64,000 nucleotides of DNA from Marsupella aquatica (taxonomy: Eukaryota; Plantae; Marchantiophyta). Under the pieces are notes generated by a model, which was not told the origin of the DNA, ran no database searches, and saw only the letters and a program-made list of their open reading frames with translations. Shown here one piece after another: positions 14,039 through 27,810 of the stretch (its first letter is position 1; every line of letters starts with the position of its first letter). The translations under genes were made by a program, and so were the position numbers. The stretch spans positions 20,525,224-20,589,223 of the forward strand of contig OZ316897.1 of assembly GCA_973895155.1 (NCBI GenBank). Reading direction: 5' to 3'.

Positions 14039-17001
14039 CTAGCACGGGTTCAATTTTCTTTTCGGAGCGGGAAGCTTTTGGTGACGCTTCTCTCCATCCT
14101 TCACTATGAAGACCGCCTCCATACCCCATGACAAATGCTTTTCGAAATGGCAATGGAACAGCCATGCTCCTGCAAATTCCATCCTCACTTTATCATTTCT
14201 CCTGACTATCAATCTTTTCTCCACAACGAAAAGGACCACGACTTACTATCTCAACGGAAAATTAGAACTACCCATTTACATCAGGTGAGACCTTCATAAT
14301 TCCATCCAGACCCCGACATGTCTAGAGACATTAAACTAATTAGACAAAAACTGCAATTACATGTCTTGGACATTTTACAAGTGACAATAGCTGAGATTTC
14401 TTACCAGGATTATCGGCCAGGAATCGAATCGCCACCCATCCTCGAGCAGGCACATTCACGGTGAAACGGGAAGGGGGATCGTAATAGTTAAATTTCTTTG
14501 GATCCGAAGTGCCGTTGTAATCACCATACCCTTGACCCATAACATAGAAGAAATGCCCGTGCAAATGAAACGGATGGGCTTCGAAAGCGAAGTTGTTCAC
14601 ATCCTGTAGCACAAGCTGAACTACGCTCCCGTGCTCCAACACGGACACTCGCGTTGCTCTCTGGGCGACTTGGGCTGGATTAGGAGGGCTGGGAGCAGCA
14701 GCGTAATCGTAAGGGTGGAGCGGAAAATCTGGAAAATCAGGCGTATACACTCCAGGGATCTTGTAGTAGTAAGCATTCAGAATGGCAGTCGTCGGACTCA
14801 CGAATGAGATGTTATTGACCTGCCCCGTCACTCGATAGCCACCTTGTTGTGGGGCGCAAGTCGTGCAAGGCTCCGTGCCCGTCCCAACGGTGTAGAAGAG
14901 ATGTCTCATCTGATGACTCCTAGGAACTTTCTCTGGATGGAGAGTTTTCAAGCCAGTCGCGAAAGAGGTACTGTAGTCCGTGTCGTTGACCGCAGGAAGG
15001 TCTGGGAAGAATGAGCAACTTGACTTGACTGTCGCGTCTTTGTAACGGAAGAACCCAGACGTGGAAATGTAAGGAACGTCTTGGAGGACGAAGGGAAGTG
15101 CTGGGGGTGGGATGGCCGCAACATCTGTGACCAACAATGTCGAATGTGGCTGGCCTACCATGCAATATGTGTCCGAAGGTTGGTCTGCAGTCACCAGCAC
15201 ATTCACTGTCTGCCCCGGGGCGATGACGATGCCTTTCTTCACCGTCAAAGGTTTTGAGTAGTATGAATCAACCTCCACTACCGTGAGAGCATGATTAGCG
15301 ATTGCAAAGAACAGCTCGGTGTTGAGCGCAGCGTTAATTACTCGCAGCATGTAGGTTTTTCCAGACTCGACCTCAATCGTCGTCACCCCTGTAATAACAC
15401 CAATACGAAAGATCCGATATTAGTAACAACATTGACAAAGTGAAATCTGTCCGCAATGTTGACAACGAGCAGCAGGTAGGTAGATCGTCGGGGTACTGAA
15501 GATAATCTGCTCACATTGCGTACAGCAATGCAAAGTTGACGAGATAATGATAGAATACCTTCAGTGTCACTACAGTTGTACAAGACTCCAGGAAATCCAT
15601 TAATCGTCAACGCATCTGCAAGTTGAAAGGCTCCTCCTGCAGCGAGGGCTTGCTGTTCGACAGCCTCAGCATCTTGATTCCACCATTCACCTATTAAAAT
15701 TGACAACCATAAATTTCCGTGAGTACGCGCATTGGCCACAATATTCCCGAGCTCCTGAACAAACAAGGGACAGCTATTTAATGCTGCTGCATCTTAGTGC
15801 GTGCAGAGCTGCTACCGGTGATCTTGTCATCAACCTCACATTTTCCTACGACTCATCGAAGGAGCTTAAGCCGTAGCGGAGAAGACACTTACCCAACATG
15901 ATTGGAAATTCCCCATCAGGTTGCTGAAAAGGATAATTTCCACTGGCTGGTAGTGTTATGAAGGCCCCATAGACAGTTGCTCGAAGCCAGCCCACATGTG
16001 CATGCCACAAAGTTGTCCCACGCTGGCCAGTCACAATGAAATCGTAGATTTCATAGTTACCCGGTTGGATCGGACATTCTGTGATGTACCCAACTCCATC
16101 CGCCCAGCATGACCTCAGCTGCCGGATTCCATGCCTGCATAGAAATCCCAAACAGCGCACATGAATTAGTATCAATTCAATAAAGTAACATTGATAATAT
16201 TTTACCGCCCACTTCAGGATCGGTATTCCCCGAGCACGATCAAGAAAGTAAATTGACACAAGGTCAATTGAAATCACCATCAATCTCGGTGATCAATAGT
16301 GTTCAGACATTGTCTTCTCCAAGTTATGACAATAGCGAAACTACTGCTTGGTTAGTCGTAGTGCACTCACAACACAGTTCTCCAGCTGAGGATTCGATCT
16401 GTATCTGCACTTACCAGTGAATTGATACGTTCTGGCTCCCCGAGTTTTTTACTTTGATAATGACGCGGTCTCCCTCGTTAACAGTAACTGTTGGACCAGG
16501 GTATAGTCCATTCACTGCCAACAGAGTCTTCGTATAACAGTTTCGAGTGTAAGTGACAGGTGCGATCTGCAAAAGTCCGAAACAAATGAGCAATTAGTTC
16601 CCTTCAAATCGTGGACCTTCACCACAGGTTGTCATTGGCGAGAACAGAGCTCACAAACAGCTGAGTGAGAGAAAACAACTTTCATCTGTTAGTGCAATGA
16701 CTGATACGTTGTAGTCTACTACTTCCATTCTCTCCAACCAGCTTGGCGTTCCATGTTCTAAATCCGACTGAGGATTGAGCTGAATCAACTCCCACTCGAC
16801 TCCAAGCGACCCACATTGGAAGCTTGGCCGTCATATTACCTAAAAAAAAATTGAATACTCAAAAACACTTGGGAGTTATGGTCCCTGACTTACTTCCCAA
16901 TCATAGTACTTCGTCTCCGCCTTGCAGGTTGAAGCTAATACACTCGAAACATAAAGTAGACAGCCGAAGCATACGAATGCGCTCCATTGATGCGAAGTCA
17001 T
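14039..17001 (-). CDS. LAC: Laccase (multicopper oxidase), complete, 6 exons, 582 aa: 17001-16894, 16566-16415, 16134-15893, 15690-15559, 15388-14405, 14169-14039
   Basis: Signal-peptide exon [36 protein letters not shown]; Cu-binding motifs HWHG (split by intron), WHAH, HPFHLHG and [12 protein letters not shown]; all introns GT-AG; exon lengths 108+152+242+132+984+131=1749 nt keep one frame and match the usual plant laccase exon pattern. Confidence 0.96.
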
Positions 17002-18120
17002 TTTGTGAAATCCTAGCACTGGCCTCTTCCCTAGCTGTCAGGACCTCGATCAAACCACCCCTTCCAGATCGATCACTAACCAGTACGTTGAGCCTACAGA
17101 GGAGTCACTCCTGGACGACCAAATACAATTCCGGAACGAACTTGCCCATTCGAACGGCTGATACGACTGCAAGCCTCTACGTTCCGGCAATTGTGAGCTA
17201 GCATGTTGGCTATTGCAGCAGCCAGTGATCAAGTCGGCGAAACCTGTCGTGAATTGCCGATCAGTCTGGGAATTTGTGCCCGGAAAGTCCTATAGAGTGA
17301 ATCTGTACGGACCTTCGATCTCTCACCGCCTCTCTTGAGGCAATGCGTTCTAAATAAAAACCGTTGTCGGAAACAGCAGCCTCGACCCAGGTCTTAAGTC
17401 GAGCGGCCTCCGAGATTTTAGTACACAGTGATCGACGTCGATCTCCACAACTCGCAAACATCCGAGAATGGCAGTTGACTTCGGAGCTGGCAGGTTTGTC
17501 GTGTTATACGCTCTATCCGACTAGCAAGCTGGCGCAGGTTTGTGCGGGCTGACGCGAATCGACAAACCGTGAGAAAATAAAATATGGACGTCAGCTGTGG
17601 TGGACTTGCCATGCGCCCGAAATTTGACCATTAGTGGCGAACGATGCGGGGGGCTAGGGGGTTAGGGGGCTAGGAGGGTGAATTCCTCAATTGTGCCTCG
17701 CTCTCAGTAGACTCATTATTGGTTGCGAATCTACATTGTCTACTCGAGAATGAATCGTCTGAATATCTGAAAAGCCTTATTGGTACGTGACCTGTATACA
17801 ACCACGACGCTTCATAGGGTGCGCCTGCGTAGAGACTAGAGACCAGGGGAAATCTACCATGACTGCAGAAATTTGTCATGATACCTCTCCTAGAGTACCT
17901 CAGAGGTACAGTAGCTGAAAAAACTTTACAGAAGTGTTCGGACTGAATTTGTCACAGCTACAGGGAGTGAAATATTATGGCAGGAGGAATTAGACATTAG
18001 AATGTAGGAACAGAGAGGGCCTTCGCCACAAAAGAAGTCCAAAGAGTATAGACGCCAAAGAAGCAAGTGCTCCTGAGGACAAAAACGAAGGGTAAAAGAA
18101 AAGGGGAAACAGTCTCCAAG

Positions 18121-18236
18121 CTTCCAATTTGATGGACTTTAACATAGCTAACTTCCAATTTGATGGACTTTAATTTAGCTAACTTCAAATTTGATGGACC
18201 GACTTTAACTTAGCTAACTTCAAATTTGATGGACCT
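18121..18236. repeat. Tandem repeat, ~31-bp unit x4
   Basis: CTTC(C/A)AATTTGATGGACTTTAA...AGCTAA repeated head-to-tail. Confidence 0.85.
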
Positions 18237-21103
18237 TAAGAAAGAGTTATGGATTACCAAATTAGTCCATAACTTATCCCCATAAAGATTGGTCATATGC
18301 CATGCCATAAGTCACTGTAGAGACTAGTGAAAACGTTATGGCCATTTATGCTTTGAGACGTACTCAGATTGGACGAAACAGATTTGACTATTACTTGGGG
18401 GCAGAGCTCAATCAGTGAGCCTGGACTAATTTTTCTGTTCTTAAAGCGAAATTTAAGGCGTAAGTTTTTGTTGCCTCTTGAAAAGTGGCTCGGCGGATTT
18501 GACGGGGCTTGAGCTAAATTCAGCTTCATGACCATTCTGCCGAAACGAATGCAGCGCTGAGTAAAGCTTGGGAGATTGGTCATTAGCACGACCTAGAGAA
18601 CAGCTTGCCACGCCTCGGCCACTTCTTCAGCGAATCTAGGTTTGCGCAATATCCAGGCAGTATTTTAGTGATGAGAGCATGCATGAATTTTGCATGACAT
18701 AATGTATAATTTCTTCCATCATTGATTGATCCTTCAGCTTTGAGATGCAAACCCATTGAAGCTTGGGCTACAGTTACGCGGTAACAATCATCAATCACTT
18801 AACACTTTGAGCTTGATCGGCAGACTACTCCACCACGCTGGAACTGTTGTGGAGAAAAGCTGATGAGCCAAATGTCCGCCTGCGTGTGCTTTCCCTTTCT
18901 GTATGCTTACCATATGTTGGAATTTTAAGGGGGAAAATAAAAGAAAATATAGGTGTTGATCTCAGCTCCCTCCAAGCCAGCAATGAGAAATTCAGTACAG
19001 ATCTTCGCCGTTGATAATGTTCATGTCACAGTTCTTCCCGGAAAGTGCGTTCAGTGGTTTGGGTCGGTAGAGTCGAAGTCGTCACCTGCGCTGGGTTGCG
19101 CAGATCACGATATGAATATTAATAATAGTTCATGAACACTCATTCAGAAAACCTATGTATAATCGTATTTCTTGGATTGGTTCAGATTATTACACCTCCA
19201 CCACGGAGTGACCGGAACCTGGTTAGTCCCGAGGGTTCAACTTTTATACGTGGGCTTCTGAACAACCACTAAAAAATGACAGTTGTTTGGAATGAAAACG
19301 TAAGTGTGAAACTTGGGTCCCACGAAATTCTCAATCTGGTCACAGTTTCCAGCACTGTCGCCGAGCAATCTCTTGGAAGCCGACTGTGCAAAGAGTTTCC
19401 AAAATTAAAATCGGGGTGAATCTTCTGCCCCAGAAAAATTAATAGTGGAATCAAGGATATTGTTTCACTGCTGTCTGCATCGAGTCATGATTTCAAAGCC
19501 TCCATCACGACCCTGTTGCTTGAAGGCTCGTGAGCGCATGAAGGTTAAGTCTGGGTTTGGTTAAAATACCCAGTCCACTATTTTCTTAGTTCGTTGCAAA
19601 TGGTAGAGCAGGAAACTCAATCCCAACTCTTGCTCGAAATCACTGTCACACCACCTTAGATTACAACATAGAAACCCAGCAACAAGTAAGGAGTAGTAAG
19701 TCAAGTATATATTTTGCATCCCCAGCACAAATTCCCAGAACACGAAAAAAACCCAGTTCCTCCCCCAAATACACCCAAACACAGATTCTAACAAACAAAT
19801 ACAGTGCCGGACATTCGTTAATTCGTTAAAGTTGCAGTGCAGTGATCGGTTGGAGATGTTTTTCAGTTATTGGGTTGGGTCCACACTCCACACCCAGTTA
19901 CGTACAGCAAGGCTTTGCGGTAAGGTTTGGAGATGCTCTGAGGTTGACGATCCAAAACGACGAAAACGTTATGTCCCATTGATATGTCGAGCATGAATCA
20001 TGAATGACTCGAGTGTTGCGGCTGTGAGTATGTATCCCGCAAGCGTTGACTTGGTAGCGGATGTGAGCCTTGGCCATTGCTGTCACGCAATGGTCCACGT
20101 AAGCTTTCGCCCAAGGTTGCCCAATCGACAGACCGAAGCATCAGCAAGAAAATTTTTGTATCGAAAGATGGCTCGAGGTACCTGATCTGGTCCTTTCTCA
20201 TAGGTCTAGGTGTTTTCTTATTAGCCTTTAGATAGACGCCCCCTAATCCGTGAGCTCGCAGGTGCCCGTGAGAAGATAATGCGCATTACTACTTTCAAGT
20301 TTCACCACACATAGCAGGGATGTCATGCACATTTCCCATCAAGCTGAATTCCCCAAATTCCCCAAATTTAGAACTCGGTTTTCGTTCAACTTGTTCTGTA
20401 TGAACCACTGTAGAGAACGTATCACAGGAGTACATGTCCGCAAAGCATTTCCAGAACCATCATGACAATGTGCTAGTGGACGAGATTGAGCCGGAGTTCT
20501 CTCCGGCCTTAAAGCCCATTCACCTGATTAGCAAGGGGTTCGACCATGGCCGAGTGGGTTTAGTAGAATCGATTTCCTTACTCAATTCTGCCGTAGGTCG
20601 CGGAACGAGTGATGTCAACAGCACACACATGAATTGTGTTCTGACAAATATCTGCTCGGGCATCTGCTATATTATTGAATACTTTCAAAATTTGATTACT
20701 CTCTTGAGAATGTGGATCTCGAAACCAAGTGAAGACCAAAACAGGAAAATTAGAACAAGTGTCAAAGTTTGTCCCGGATTTCGAAAGCCTACAGTGGTGG
20801 TCAGACTGTCTGGGTGGCTTGCAAGTGTGGGGCCAGTTTATTCTTTCTATATTCCCTCTTGGTTATGTCTGGCAATTTAATTAGTGAAAACGGCTGTAGT
20901 CAATTTTTTAACAATTAGGGGGCCATTCAGAGATGGTGTGTGTCGACCCTACATGGCACAGTGCTCAGTCAGATATGGTGGGCAGCAGGTTGAAGAAGAA
21001 TTAGGGGCCCAGTCAGGTATGGTGACAGCCGGCTTTACAAAAATCGTGGCCCATTTAGGTACGTCTACCTACCCCAAATGGCGCCGCCCCATCACATAGG
21101 GTA

Positions 21104-21200
21104 TCTACCTACCCTACATAGCAAGCAACTGGACTAAGGAACTGTTGATGTGGAGTCTACCTACCCTGCATAGCAAGCAACTGGACTAAGGAAATGTTGA
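21104..21200. repeat. Tandem duplication, ~52-bp unit x2
   Basis: TCTACCTACCCT(A/G)CATAGCAAGCAACTGGACTAAGGAA(C/A)TGTTGA twice. Confidence 0.8.
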
Positions 21201-21879
21201 GTGAAATTACTTATTTTGTGTTAAAGTTAGATAACCTCCAAAGGGGATCCAAATATCTATAAACTTTGCTTCCTCTATTCAAAGTATTTGCATTTCTTGA
21301 ACTTGAGTGGAAAGATTTCTGGCTCTCCAGTTGGCTCTGGTGAGTCACAGCTGTCCCCAAAGTTTCATAAAGCGACCTTCACTTGTAGAGATTCAATACT
21401 AACGTACTTAGGGCTACAAGAGCAATACTAAAACCAGAAAGACGGTTTGTCCAATGTCTAAGAAGCAATTATGACCCAACTCAAATGTGGGAATAGGACT
21501 ACACTTCACCACTCATGTTCCACTTGACATCAACTTGGGGTCTCATCATAACAAGGTCATTACCGTCCCAGTCACCTGTAACTAGGCCCACTTCACTTTT
21601 AACCAGAAAAAGGAGGGAAGTGTCCAGGCTTCTCCCCTTTTCACTTTCCTCTTATTCTTCTCTCCTCTAGGGTTTCATATTGCTCCACAAATTCAGGACA
21701 GATACTATAGTTTTTGTCATGGCTAGTGGTGGTTTAATAACTTGGAGTCAAAGCCATTATTTATCATCCTGGTCAGATCCTGATATGCCTATGTTTTTTA
21801 TCAAAACCTTAGACTGGCTTTACAAGAACTTGGGGGCAGCAATTCTTTTTTTTCTAAGTGAAAGATGCAATCCTGGCCA

Positions 21880-22120
21880 TTCATATGTGGGAACTGGCCA
21901 CACTTCACTTTACATGAACTTGGGGGCACAATGAACCAAAAGCATTACTGAACCTAGTCATCTCTGAGTGGGCCCCTTTTTTTTGCTGAGGTGTGCAAGC
22001 TTTTTTGTCCAAAACTTAGACCTCCTCTTGAGGTGGTCTAAAAACTTGGAGCAATGGCAGCTTATTTTCAGGGAATTGCATTGATTATTTACAAACCTGA
22101 CACATTTTGGCTCAGGCATT
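21880..22120 (+). repeat. Second copy of the dispersed repeat family seen at 7720-8030
   Basis: Same ordered blocks: TTTACATGAACTTGG, AAAACTTAGACC, TCTTGAGGTGGTC, CCTGACACATTTTGGCTCAGGCA. Confidence 0.65.
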
Positions 22121-23391
22121 TTAACTTTTGTGGAAAAAAATAGTCATTAGCTTTGCTTTGGATGGAGAGACTGAAGGGCCCCCACAGTCTTGTAAGTGAC
22201 ATATACTATGTACGGCACCCTGCATAAGATGATAATCTTAATCTTAGTTTGTTTTTTTCAATCAATGAATGCAGCCACATTTTGATGTGTGATTACCAGC
22301 TGGGGTCTTGTAAAGCCCCCCTTAGACCCACTCGTGAGATAGTCTAATGAGGGGACTACTCTCTAGCACTTAATTTTTCTTCTGACACATTTTGACCTGG
22401 AGAGTTTGGATTTCGTGTATGCAGGACATTGTCTGACGATGTGCCCCCAAATTCTTGTTATCACTAACTTGTTATCTGATTGTTCTTGTGCAGTGCTGAG
22501 CTCACAACAACCTGCTAGCGTGCAACTGCAAAGCTATCGGACAATCATGCGTGTCTGATTCTGTCAAAACTGATCAAACACTGCTCTCGCATCGTTCTGA
22601 CATTCATTCAATGACGTGATGAATGACATCAATTCTTAGCTCACGTTGAATTGAGCTATTGATGAATCTAGTCGGCTCAGCTGTAAAGGACGTGGTTGAG
22701 ATCATCCGCTAAAGCAATCAAATGAGCAAAGCACCTGAAAGCTGACCATCAGCGACACTGGGGAAGGACTTCACCACTCAAACTAAGTTCTCGAATATCA
22801 GCATTCAGGCTCCACTGCACTATTTTGGCTAACCCAAGAAAGTGCAGAATGCTTTTTAGTACAAGGTCAGCTCTTAGCTCCGAGGCTTGGAGGCAGGAAG
22901 GCAGGCAGGAAGGCCGCCTGGCTAGGGCGGTGGATTGATAGCTTTGCGGAGTGACGGCCATTCAGTATGAACACAAAGACGTAGAGAAGAAAGCCAATAA
23001 TAATACCTTCTCATCATTTGTCCGGGATGAATCGATCAGTCGTGACGGCTGAGGGCAGGCTGCAGTGTATTTTTTTAGGAGTTTTTCTATTAGTCAGGGT
23101 GTCGAATGTCACCTGGTGCCAAAGAGAAAATTTAAAGCATGTGTCTTATCTTCTCCTTTTTTTAGATTCATATTTGACTGTCAGAGTGTCTATACAAGAA
23201 CTGGGGCAACAATTCCCTTTTTTCTATGTGTAATGATGCAATACTAATCTTTTAAATGTGGGAAAGTGTCAGGTTAGACTTCACTTTATATGAACTTGGG
23301 GGCACAATTGAGCAAGTGTTTTTTATTAACCTGTCCCCAATCTATCCAATATTATTAAAATGTCCCCAAACAGAATTACTTAGCAACCCGT

Positions 23392-23495
23392 CCCCCATTT
23401 TGTACTCAGGTCATGAACTTGGGGGCCCCCCATTTTGAACTCAGGTCATGAACTTGGGGGCCCCCCATTTTGAACTCAGGTCATGAACTTGGGGG
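23392..23495. repeat. Tandem repeat, 35-bp unit x3, within a related dispersed repeat copy
   Basis: CCCCCCATTTTGAACTCAGGTCATGAACTTGGGGG at ~23392, 23426 and 23461. Confidence 0.9.
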
Positions 23496-26233
23496 CAGAA
23501 TCGAGCAATGTGTTTTGTATTAAACCTGCCCCCACAAACTACCCAATATGTATTTCTAAAATTTGTCATAGTTTGAGTAACATGACCGAGATACTTCGCA
23601 GGTGCCAATTAGAACCAAGACAGGAAAATCTCCCAAACGCATTTACCTATGCCAGAATAGACCATCACATTTGACAAAGAGCTCCAACAAGGTTTTTCTT
23701 CCCCATATGGTCTTAAATTTTTTTTTATATTATCATATATATAGAGAGAGAGAGATAAATCAACCAAACAATATCCTTTCAACTAGCCAAGACTAGTGTG
23801 AGGATACACATTCAAAAAGAAAGAAAAGTAGCTTGTCTTGCAGATCTATGTACTAAGAACCCAGCCAAACCATGCTAAACAAATCAAATGATGTACAGCT
23901 GTCATTAAGGAAGCTTATCGCGCGATACCATTCGAGGGGCCTTACAAAGACTCTTGGCAACAAAGCCAACGGAAATGTACAAAAGCATGTTCGCCCCTTG
24001 GTTTGCCCAATGCATGGTGAACAATATGTTTTCACTCAGATGAGGTTTGGCTGGTACTTCTATCACACTTCTCACTATTTGTAAACATTGTGATCAATGT
24101 GGAAACATTCTAATTGTGAAGTGTCATTTCTTGCTGGTGCGGCATGACAAACTGCTGTTTCAACACTGTAACCACTTGTAGACTAACCATTGTGTTGGCA
24201 AACAAAAGTGGGTTCTACAAATGATTTTTTCCTATAAGGATTGAAAAATTGTGAGTAAAGAAATTCTGACACAAATGGTAGCATGGGGGGGCTGTGAGGT
24301 CTGTACCTTGGGAAAAGATTGAAGCTCTTTATCCATGGGGAGAGAAAGTATGTCCAGGAGGTCCACTACTGTACGTATCTTAGTCTAATTGTGGGTATCA
24401 AAAGTTAATACTGTAGGTCCATCCGAGTTGCATGGTCAAATGCTGATATCTCAGACCATCAACATCTAATATTCAATTTTGATTTTTTCTTAGACAATGC
24501 AAGAGGCTGACTGGACGAGCAACCATCCCATACAATTGTCATGATGACTGTGTTTTCATTAGGAAAACGTGTGGGGGTTGATATTGTAGGACCTTGACCT
24601 AGGGAATCCCCAAGGGAGACCAAGATTTCTTTTGGCTCCTAAAGCTATGAGCATACCAAGGATATAAAAATTTAGGATAAGTCAAACGTACGTTTCAGAA
24701 AGGTCTAGTAGATACGCAGGTTTTGATGACCTTCCCATAAGTCATCTATCTTGTCAAATGTTGTGGTCTTCCGAGCTGGTTCCATTTAGCATAAGTTTCT
24801 CAAGCACAGAATAACCGATGCTTCCAGAAATGCCACTTGTTGCTCCTAGATTGCAAACGGGTCAAACAAGGACCAGGATGACAAAGGTTTAAAGATGTCA
24901 ATTAAAGAGTTGTTGTCACATTCAACTCTTGCCATGTGGTAGATGAGCTGAAAGACATGCAAGCAATATTGAAATTCATGTTTTTGTGTTGGATGAAGAT
25001 TGCTGATTGCTGATCCTATTGGCAGGAATGTTGTGGTTGCCGCCCATGTGCCTGGCCATGTTGTAGCTAAAGCTGCCTGGCTCAAAGAGGAGGCCTATTC
25101 AGTTTCTTACCTGGGAAATAGTTTCTACACTTAAATTGCTATGGAGGTCTTTGGTGTACTCCACCCTAGGTTTCACCAGTTCATGCATTTGGGCTTGAGT
25201 GTGTGGCTTTTTGTACTGAGCAGAAGCCCTATCCCCCCTGTTTCAGTCCTTATTGCCTTCTTTGGAAAGTGGGTATTGGTTGCACTTGAGAAGGCTTGCA
25301 CCATTCTTCATAGAGCCAAGGAACTTGGTTTAGGGCCTCTACACAGATTCCCCTTTGTAACCCTCCTAGGTGGTTTACTCCTGCTGGAGCTCTACCATGT
25401 TTTTCCATAATCCACCCAGTAGGAATTCTAGTTCATGGCTTCTTAGTGGACTTTTTATTGTTGTGCATGTGGGGGACTCCTTGGCTTGTTGGACCTTTTG
25501 GGTCACCTTGGGGTCTTTCCCTCTCAGGGGTCTCACTATATAGAGACAGCACCCCCCCACCCCCCAATCACATGCAACATTTTCCGGCCCCTACTAATTA
25601 AAGTATATTTACCCCTATTAGGACCCCTACTCATTGGAATATGCTCAAAATCTTGGAATTGAGATTTAGACCTAAATTTTCCTTATTAAAAATTCCCCAA
25701 AAGAAATTGTGCTGCAGCACATGTTTCCCATTCCTAACTCTTGGCTGACCAAGAACAAGGGTGGCGCTACTGGCCCAAGAGCAAGGGAAAAGCTAACCAA
25801 AAACAAGGGCCCGGCCAAAGTGTGAAGCTGTTGACTAGTATTTTTGTGACATTTCCTTGCCTCCTCGTAGCTAGTCAACCATAACAAGCATAGATGACTT
25901 AGGTAGGGTCAACGTAACCATAAGAAGCATAGGTAGCTTAGGTCCAACCAGAGTCTGCTAATTGTAGGTACTTGTCATCCATGATGTATATTCACATTTC
26001 TTTAAGCCTTGGAGGATTGGTGAGATGACAGCTCACTTGTATAAGCTTGAAAGTTAGTTTGAGCTACTTTGTAATTGGGCTCTTTCTCTAACTTGGGAAA
26101 TGTGTCCGTCATTAATCCTAAATCACCAGAATCATCTCATCTTGCTTGTGTGCCTGGATCCGAGGGTTTTTGCACATGGTAAACGAATGGCAGGGCATGA
26201 GTATGATAGTACTTAAATCTATGGGGTGAATGG

Positions 26234-26546
26234 TTTTTCAAGGATAAAAAACTTGATTACCAAAAGCTGACCCCTCCACTAGAGGATAGATGATAATTCT
26301 GGCGCAAGCACCTATGCAGGGTAGCCCACAAGGGGGTCTTACCCAGTACCAGGAGGGAGAGAGTGTTGGACCAGAGCCCCAAAACCTACTAGCCAGGGGC
26401 TGAGAAAAAACCAGGACTCCCACAACTACATCCTCCACCCACACACACCTACTCTCCGCAATCCTTTGCATGTGGAGGGGGGATTGAACCTAGGACCTCT
26501 CAATTCTAGGCTCATCCCCTGGCCAACTGACCAGTGCCAGTGACTC
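26234..26546 (-). mobile_element. Probable tRNA-derived SINE, degenerate
   Basis: On the minus strand, A-box-like TGGTCAGTTGG (26533-26523) and B-box-like GGTTCAATCCC (26490-26480) at tRNA-like spacing, followed by a ~250-bp body; no TSD found. Confidence 0.5.
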
Positions 26547-27461
26547 TTAAAGCCCTTCTCTGATGTTAGTATGTATTCAATTTGCAAGGCAGTTATAGGC
26601 AACCTAAAGCATTTTCACTCTTTACCTTTTTACCATTTACCTCTTTACCATTTTCACCTTTTTACCTTTTGCACTCTTCTTTGGCGTTTGGTGTTGTGCA
26701 CTTGGACCTTGCTTTTTCTTCATAGTACTTTGTCTGACCCTATTGTGTAAATAATCTCGTAGTGTCACTTTCTTTGAGGATGGCAATGTTCCCAGAAAAG
26801 TACCTCTGCCAGCGTGTCCTCAGGCTTTATTCAGGACAATGCCCTACTGAGAGCACTCTACTATACACAACAATGACAAAATGTTTGGTGTCTTCTGGAG
26901 GTTGTTTGCTCGCTACTACTGTAGTTACCCAAGTAAGAAGATGCTAAAGCAAAGAAGGCATGAAGGGAAAACAAACATTCATGCTAAAGGCAATTAAAGC
27001 AAAAACACACAACGAAAAAGGCATCCCCAATAAATAGGGTTCGTGCTTTGCTCACAGCCCCACAGGGATGAAGCTGCTCCCTATGGCATCACATTTTGAG
27101 CTCCCTTGGGCCATGCACCAGAGACATTCTAGTGAGCTCGTCCCGATGGAGCAAAGGTAATTGTGGCGTGCAAGCAAACTGAGAAAACATTTCTATTGGG
27201 AGGAAAACAATATGGTGTTAAAGCCCCACTGGCCCCCATGCAACACGGTGGATCCATGTTCCTAAAATAAGATCAAAATATTCTCACTTTTTTGTCCTCC
27301 CCAAACCTGATGTCCAGTGGCAGTGCAAGAGAAGAAAACCTCACTTTGCTAGCTAACCAAAACCTGGTTAGTAAACCCCAATTTGGGGACCCGGTAAGTT
27401 TGCGGACTCCTCTTTTGGCTAGCAAACTACCATAGGTAGTCATATGGAGCCTAAAAGACAT

Positions 27462-27810
27462 TAGGAACCCCTCGTACTCACTTTGCTAGCTAACTTGCCA
27501 CTAGCTAAGTCTAAACGACAATAGGAACCCCTCATACTTACTTTGCTAGCTAACTGGCCACTAGCTAAGTCTCAAAGACGATAGGAACCCCTCATACTCA
27601 CTTTACTAGCTAACTTAGTTCCTAGCTATACAAAACCTGGTTAGTAAACCTCAATTTGGGGACTCCTCTTTTTTTTGCCTTGAAAACCAAAAGCAGCCCA
27701 TCCAAGATAGCTAACTTAGTTCCTAACTATACAAAACCTGGTTAGTAAACCTCAATTTGGGGACTCCTCTTTTTTTTTGCCTTGAAAACCAAAAGCAGCC
27801 CATCCAAGAG
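27462..27810. repeat. Compound tandem repeats (~59-bp unit x3, then ~101-bp unit x2)
   Basis: TAGGAACCCCTC.TACT.ACTTT.CTAGCTAACT x3; TAGCTAACTTAGTTCCTA.CTATACAAAACCTGGTTAGTAAACCTCAATTTGGGGACTCC x2. Confidence 0.8.

Noticed and set aside
18121-18236. CRISPR-like look of ~31-35 bp repeats (also 23392-23495)
   Set aside because: Head-to-tail tandem units with no unique spacers, no cas genes, and a eukaryotic context.
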